Positions 28,800-32,668 of a DNA stretch of 32,668 nucleotides are shown one piece after another; within the stretch, counting starts at the first letter, position 1, and each line of letters opens with the position of its first letter. This DNA comes from Synechococcales cyanobacterium VAR_4_metabat_354. Lineage in GTDB: Bacteria; Cyanobacteriota; Cyanobacteriia; Cyanobacteriales; Chamaesiphonaceae. The notes below the pieces were generated by a model. It searched no databases and was not told the origin of the DNA. It saw only the letters and a program-made list of their open reading frames with translations. The translations under genes and the position numbers were made by a program. The stretch lies in contig JANOQI010000027.1 of NCBI GenBank assembly GCA_031414775.1, positions 1-32,668 of the forward strand. Direction: 5' to 3'.

Positions 28800-29921
28800 T
28801 TAAGCAAAGCGGCCAATTAGTTTCTGGACAAAATTGATGGCTTTTTGCTGGTTAGGAAAAAGCTGTGGATATTTTTGGCAGAGGTTATCGCTTAAAACTT
28901 GGACAGAAACCGTGCCGTCGCTACCAGATAAAACCTCCAAAGCCGCCTCACCTTGCAGATTTTTTTGGGGCTGATAATCTAGGGAGGTCTTTTTGAGAGA
29001 GGCCAAAGACATCGGCATCGAGAAAAAAGTAGAGTGAGACTGTTTTGCTTGGGTCGTTTCTACTGTCCAGCTCCAGTCAGCAAAAGGCGGACGCTGCAAG
29101 GTAAAAGTAACTCGATCGCCTGCGGTCACGGTGATCGGCGGATCAAGGGGCAGAAAAGCCGAACCCCAGTGCAGTTGTGGTTCGTGGGGCGCTGTCGATA
29201 GCCAATCATTTCCTAACTGCATCTTGAACCAGCCTGCCCAGCCATGACAAAGGCCAGATTCAGTGATGGTGTAATCAACGCTCACCTGACAGTTGGTATC
29301 GGTAGCCTGATGAAAATCGAGGGCAAATAAATCGATCGGATCAGCTAGATAACGAGATTTTTCTAGTTCTTTCCGATAGTAAAGGATTGATTGGCTCACA
29401 TAAGGTCTGGCGACGCTGTGATCAAGACCCAAATGGGGCTGAGACCAGACCTCTAGATCGGCTTCGTAAACTTCTGGTGCACAGACGGGGGCGGCTTGCA
29501 TGACCCCGGCTTGTGGTAACAAAATGCCACCAGGCTTGAGATATCGATCGCGTGCATAAAATAGCGATGGCAGCAGGTCTTCTTCTAATAAAAAGTTACC
29601 GGTGAAAACTGAGGTAATGATATCTACCTTTTCGGGTAGCTCTACTTCTTCGATCGAACCCTGGAGACAAACCACTCGATCGGCCAAACCATTGCTGTGA
29701 GCAATTTCTTTGGCTACCATAATAATATCTTCGGGTTCTACCAAATAAACCCGCTTTGCTCCTAGCTTAGCGGCCAATAAACCATGAATTCCCAGGCCAG
29801 CCCCCACATCCAAAACTACACTTTCTGGTGTGATCACCTGGACTAAGGCTTGGGCATAAACTTCATTGCGGCGGACATCTAACGCCATGGAATGTTGACC
29901 CTGGACTAAGGCGTAGCTCAT
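28800..29921 (-). CDS. PRMT-fold SAM-dependent methyltransferase with a possible C-terminal RRE-like helical domain
   Basis: H..M..D..R...Y..A, VVLDVGAGLG, AAK.GAKRVY.VE, ARDRYLKPGG.L.P, CHG..GWF and LSTAP....LHW parallel the PRMT1-type layout. Confidence 0.8.
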   Translation of the reverse strand: MSYALVQGQHSMALDVRRNEVYAQALVQVITPESVVLDVGAGLGIHGLLAAKLGAKRVYLVEPEDIIMVAKEIAHSNGLADRVVCLQGSIEEVELPEKVDIITSVFTGNFLLEEDLLPSLFYARDRYLKPGGILLPQAGVMQAAPVCAPEVYEADLEVWSQPHLGLDHSVARPYVSQSILYYRKELEKSRYLADPIDLFALDFHQATDTNCQVSVDYTITESGLCHGWAGWFKMQLGNDWLSTAPHEPQLHWGSAFLPLDPPITVTAGDRVTFTLQRPPFADWSWTVETTQAKQSHSTFFSMPMSLASLKKTSLDYQPQKNLQGEAALEVLSGSDGTVSVQVLSDNLCQKYPQLFPNQQKAINFVQKLIGRFA

Positions 29922-30793
29922 TGCTTTTGGCTCTCTTTTAATAACAAAGCATATACTTCTGGCAGGCGGCTAAAATCGTGGGGATAGATCAGTCGCTGCA
30001 CTGGACAACGATTTACCAACTGGACATAAGCATCCAATAACCGAGGATTGCGATCGATAAAACGACTGACATCGTAACCATGAGTTAATAATTCAAAAAT
30101 TCCTTGTGCGGGTGGAATAGCTTCCAGCCGAATAGACTCGGTGTCCAGTTCGGGGTTAGCGAGCAAATACAAGCCGCCCAATGGTAAAGGTTCTTGTTGA
30201 TAAGTACCACCCAAATGGGTTTCTGGATGATAGAAAATTTTGTAATCGGTGGCTTGGGAAGCATCTAAACCTAGCAATTCACCTGTTTCTGGATATAATT
30301 TGATGCGGGGATTCCCCGGTAAAACATGCCCTTGCTCATCGATCACTAAAACATCATCGGTCACTAATCCAGCTCCATGACTAGTGCAAAAGGCACTTAA
30401 GGTTGATTTACCAGCACCGGAATATCCAATAAAAGCCACAGCTCGACCATTAAGAACTACTGCATTGGCATGAACTGCGATCTGTCCTTGTAAATTCAGA
30501 CAAATCCCGGTCAAAGTACTAGTGAAGCCCAATGTCAACTCTCCCGGATCTAAATCACGGGCATCTTCAGTGACACAGACTTGGATATTCAGACCATCCA
30601 GGCTAACCCAGGCTCCTATTTGATCTGACCAATCCACCCAATGGGGATTTTGGCCAAAGACATCATGCGCCAGATTCTGTCTGACTGGAGAGTTATCCGA
30701 CTTATGCAGTAGCGTTGTTACATACTCAATGGTCAGTCGCTGAAGGCGAGATGCTTGCCTCAACTCACTGTGCAGGATGTCTGAGATGTTCAT
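29918..30793 (-). CDS. HPr-kinase-like P-loop kinase (lasso peptide kinase type)
   Basis: VHANAV, Walker A GYSGAGKST, LVTDD and P.IKL; ATGA overlap with the methyltransferase. Confidence 0.82.
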   Translation of the reverse strand: MNISDILHSELRQASRLQRLTIEYVTTLLHKSDNSPVRQNLAHDVFGQNPHWVDWSDQIGAWVSLDGLNIQVCVTEDARDLDPGELTLGFTSTLTGICLNLQGQIAVHANAVVLNGRAVAFIGYSGAGKSTLSAFCTSHGAGLVTDDVLVIDEQGHVLPGNPRIKLYPETGELLGLDASQATDYKIFYHPETHLGGTYQQEPLPLGGLYLLANPELDTESIRLEAIPPAQGIFELLTHGYDVSRFIDRNPRLLDAYVQLVNRCPVQRLIYPHDFSRLPEVYALLLKESQKQ

Positions 30794-30823
30794 TTTTGAT
30801 TAGATGAAGACAAAAGCCCGGCT

Positions 30824-30856
30824 CAAAATAAAAAACTCGGTCTAAAATCCGAGTTT
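30824..30856 (-). terminator. Stem-loop / partial terminator after the precursor gene
   Basis: AAACTCGG (30833-30840) / CCGAGTTT (30849-30856) IR followed by a T-rich tract on the minus strand. Confidence 0.55.
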
Positions 30857-30902
30857 GCAGTCAAATTGATTATGAAAATGACTTTAGGTAGAATTGTGAT
30901 AC

Positions 30903-31022
30903 CTAACCCATCATCATGGTTCCGCCCATCATGTCTGCATACATGAAACCGCTCATCTGGTTGGTTACGGAGTACAAAGAGCCAAGTTTAGTTAATTGGG
31001 GACTGACGTATTTTTTTAGCAT
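30903..31022 (-). CDS. Lasso-type RiPP precursor peptide, 39 aa: MLKKYVSPQLTKLGSLYSVTN-QMSGFMYADMMGGTMMMG
   Basis: Hand-translated from ATG (31022) to TAG (30903). Leader has YxxPxLxxxG and Thr at -2; Asp is at core position 9. First gene of the operon; TGGTAAAAT extended -10-like element at 31061-31053. Confidence 0.85.
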   Translation of the reverse strand: MLKKYVSPQLTKLGSLYSVTNQMSGFMYADMMGGTMMMG

Positions 31023-31089
31023 GGAGTTATTTACTCTATTGAACTGGATTTCATTTTACCATAACACGCGGATTATTGTTTAGCTTACA

Positions 31090-31141
31090 GGCTTTCATCC
31101 CGACGCTCTACCCGATCGGGTAAAGCGTCGGGATGAAAGCC
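31090..31141. repeat. 52-bp near-perfect palindrome (IS left-end hairpin)
   Basis: GGCTTTCATCCCGACGCT / AGCGTCGGGATGAAAGCC (18 bp perfect) enclosing TACCCG-AT-CGGGTA. Confidence 0.9.
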
Positions 31142-31217
31142 GAGCGAGTTGACGATTACAATTGAGCCGCATAACACGGAGTGTTTGCTATTATTGTTTT
31201 AGAGTAATCAAGGAATC

Positions 31218-32429
31218 ATGCTAAAAGCTGTCAAAGTCCGAATTTACCCCACTAAAGCCCAGCAGATTCATCTTGCTCAGGCTTTTGGTTGTGTGCGTTG
31301 GGTCTGGAATCAGTCTTTGAGCGTAATGACCGCGACATATCAAGAGACGGGGAAAGGCGTTACAGCCATGACCATGAAGAAATCTATACCCTTGTGGAAA
31401 ACAGAATTTGAATGGCTTTCTGAGTGCTACTCACAATGCCTTCAGCAATCAGTTCTTAATTTGGGCATAGCTTTTGGCAATTTTTTCGATGGTCGGGCAA
31501 TGTATCCAACTTTTAAAAAGCGCCAAGGAAAACAATCAATTCAGTTTCCGCAAAACGTCAAAGTTTTAAGTGATTCTGAAATTAAGTTTCCAGGCAATTT
31601 TGGTACTGTCAAGGCAAAGGTACATCGGGATATTAACGGCAAGGTTAAGACCGTAACCGTGAGTAAAAATCCTGATGGTAGATACTTTGCTTCGATGCTT
31701 GTGGACGACGGAATTGATAACCCTGAAGCCAGCAAAGACGGTGATGTAATTGGTATCGATCTAGGTCTAACCGATTTTGCAGTAACCTCCAATGGCTCCA
31801 AATATCAGCACCCGAGAGCTACTAAGAAGTATGAGAGAAACCTAAAGCGTAAGCAAAAAAAGCTATCTCGTAAAAAAGAAAAGACGACTAGCAATCGTCG
31901 AAAAGCTAAGCTTGCAGTGGCTAAGGTTCATTCCAAAATCAAAAGAGTCCGCGAAGATTTCCTACACAAGCTATCGCGCAAGATAGTAGACGAAAACCAA
32001 GTCATAGTGGTAGAGAATCTGGCAGTAAGAAACATGGTGAAAAATCATTGTCTAGCCAAGGCAATTTCTGATGCTGGCTGGGGAATGTTTTGCACCATGC
32101 TCAAATACAAAGCTGAAATGGTGGGTAAGGTCTATCTAGAAATAGGTCGATTTTTTGCATCTACTCATCTTTGCTCGAACACTTTGAAGTCACTGCCAAA
32201 GATGGATCTATCGGTGCGTGAATTCGATTGCCCTCATTGCGGACAAAGGCACGATAGAGATATTAACGCTGCGATAAACATCAAAAATGAAGGCTTGCGC
32301 GTATTGACGTTGGGAACCAGCGTTATTGCTCCTGAAGGCTACGTAAGACCAAAACAGTATGGGCGCAAGTCTACTACTGTAGAGGCTGTGGTCGTTGAAG
32401 GGAGAAGCCCACGCTCTACCGCAAGGTGA
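31218..32429 (+). CDS. tnpB: RNA-guided endonuclease TnpB
   Basis: K.RIYPT..Q...L...FGC.R.VWN N-terminal HTH; RuvC-I GIDLG, RuvC-II VVENL, RuvC-III DRDINAAINI; CPHCG. Confidence 0.93.
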   Translation: MLKAVKVRIYPTKAQQIHLAQAFGCVRWVWNQSLSVMTATYQETGKGVTAMTMKKSIPLWKTEFEWLSECYSQCLQQSVLNLGIAFGNFFDGRAMYPTFKKRQGKQSIQFPQNVKVLSDSEIKFPGNFGTVKAKVHRDINGKVKTVTVSKNPDGRYFASMLVDDGIDNPEASKDGDVIGIDLGLTDFAVTSNGSKYQHPRATKKYERNLKRKQKKLSRKKEKTTSNRRKAKLAVAKVHSKIKRVREDFLHKLSRKIVDENQVIVVENLAVRNMVKNHCLAKAISDAGWGMFCTMLKYKAEMVGKVYLEIGRFFASTHLCSNTLKSLPKMDLSVREFDCPHCGQRHDRDINAAINIKNEGLRVLTLGTSVIAPEGYVRPKQYGRKSTTVEAVVVEGRSPRSTAR

Positions 32430-32465
32430 GCGTCGGGTAGTTCACTCTAGAGATCATTGCTAGAC
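32300..32465 (+). ncRNA. Predicted omega/reRNA (scaffold overlapping the tnpB 3' end plus flanking guide)
   Basis: Inferred from established TnpB biology. Hairpin ACGCTCTACC-GCAA-GGTGAGCGT precedes the TTCAC end; the guide would be TCTAGAGATCATTGCTAGAC. The 5' boundary is a guess. Confidence 0.5.
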
Positions 32466-32667
32466 GCTGTTCGGTGATTTTGAGTGCTGGACTCATTGCG
32501 CTTGCTTTGGTAAGTGTGAAGCCCAAAAGTCTTCCAGGTAAATGATTGTGGACTTCATCAAACCCATAGTTATCTTTGATATGGTTTGCTAATATATAGG
32601 ATAGCAGTGGCGGTATGGCGTTGCCGATTTGTTGGATTTTTTCTGAGGTGTTGCCCAGAAACCGGAA
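32416..32667 (-). CDS. C-terminal end of a second C5-cytosine DNA methyltransferase (partial, runs off the window)
   Basis: Hand translation FRFLGNTSEKIQQIGNAIPPLLSYILANHIK...AMISRVNYPTLTLR* contains motif X (QIGNA.PP); the stop lies inside the IS right end. Confidence 0.75.
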   Translation of the reverse strand, partial: FRFLGNTSEKIQQIGNAIPPLLSYILANHIKDNYGFDEVHNHLPGRLLGFTLTKASAMSPALKITEQRLAMISRVNYPTLTLR

Positions 32668-32668
32668 G

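Larger units (their letters stand above)
31089..32445 (+). mobile_element. IS200/IS605-family non-autonomous element (tnpB only)
   Basis: Preceded by TTAC (31085-31088). Left hairpin at 31090-31141, related right hairpin at about 32408-32437, ending in TTCAC (32441-32445). No TSD and no tnpA. Confidence 0.8.

Noticed and set aside
31089..32445. Idea that the IS insertion deleted or separated the lasso B/C genes
   Set aside because: The empty site reconstructs cleanly to the end of a DNA methyltransferase gene, so nothing appears to have been lost at this junction.
1..32668. CRISPR array, rRNA, prophage genes or integron integrase
   Set aside because: I saw no regularly spaced direct repeats, rRNA-like sequence, phage structural genes or tyrosine recombinase ORF.

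Overview
Cyanobacterial chromosomal segment, judged from the fbp-tal-zwf-opcA operon, the aas-ylqD-pdhC block, a cyanobacterial-type ThiE and dense CGATCG palindromes. Accessory DNA interrupts it in four places. (1) Left edge: a MITE, a VapBC-type pair and a 3'-only tRNA(CAT) fragment that looks like the att scar of an island. (2) A TetR module with a double operator, methyltransferases, a ferredoxin, a darcynin-like gene and a 147-bp duplicated gene tail. (3) An integrase-less array of integron-like cassettes (HAD hydrolase, BrnTA, tautomerase) with attC-like sites. (4) The main find, at 25860-31022 (-): a lasso-type RiPP operon whose 39-aa precursor is missing from the ORF track. Its leader has YxxPxL and Thr at -2, and its predicted core QMSGFMYADMMGGTMMMG is Met-rich and Arg-free. 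Downstream are an HPr-kinase-like enzyme, a PRMT-fold methyltransferase with an altered double-E loop and a possible RRE-like tail, an ABC exporter and a nucleotidyltransferase. No lasso cyclase or peptidase gene is present locally. Upstream, a tnpB-only IS200/IS605 element sits in the last codons of a second C5 DNA methyltransferase, and its empty site can be reconstructed. All family assignments are from motif recognition by eye, not database searches.
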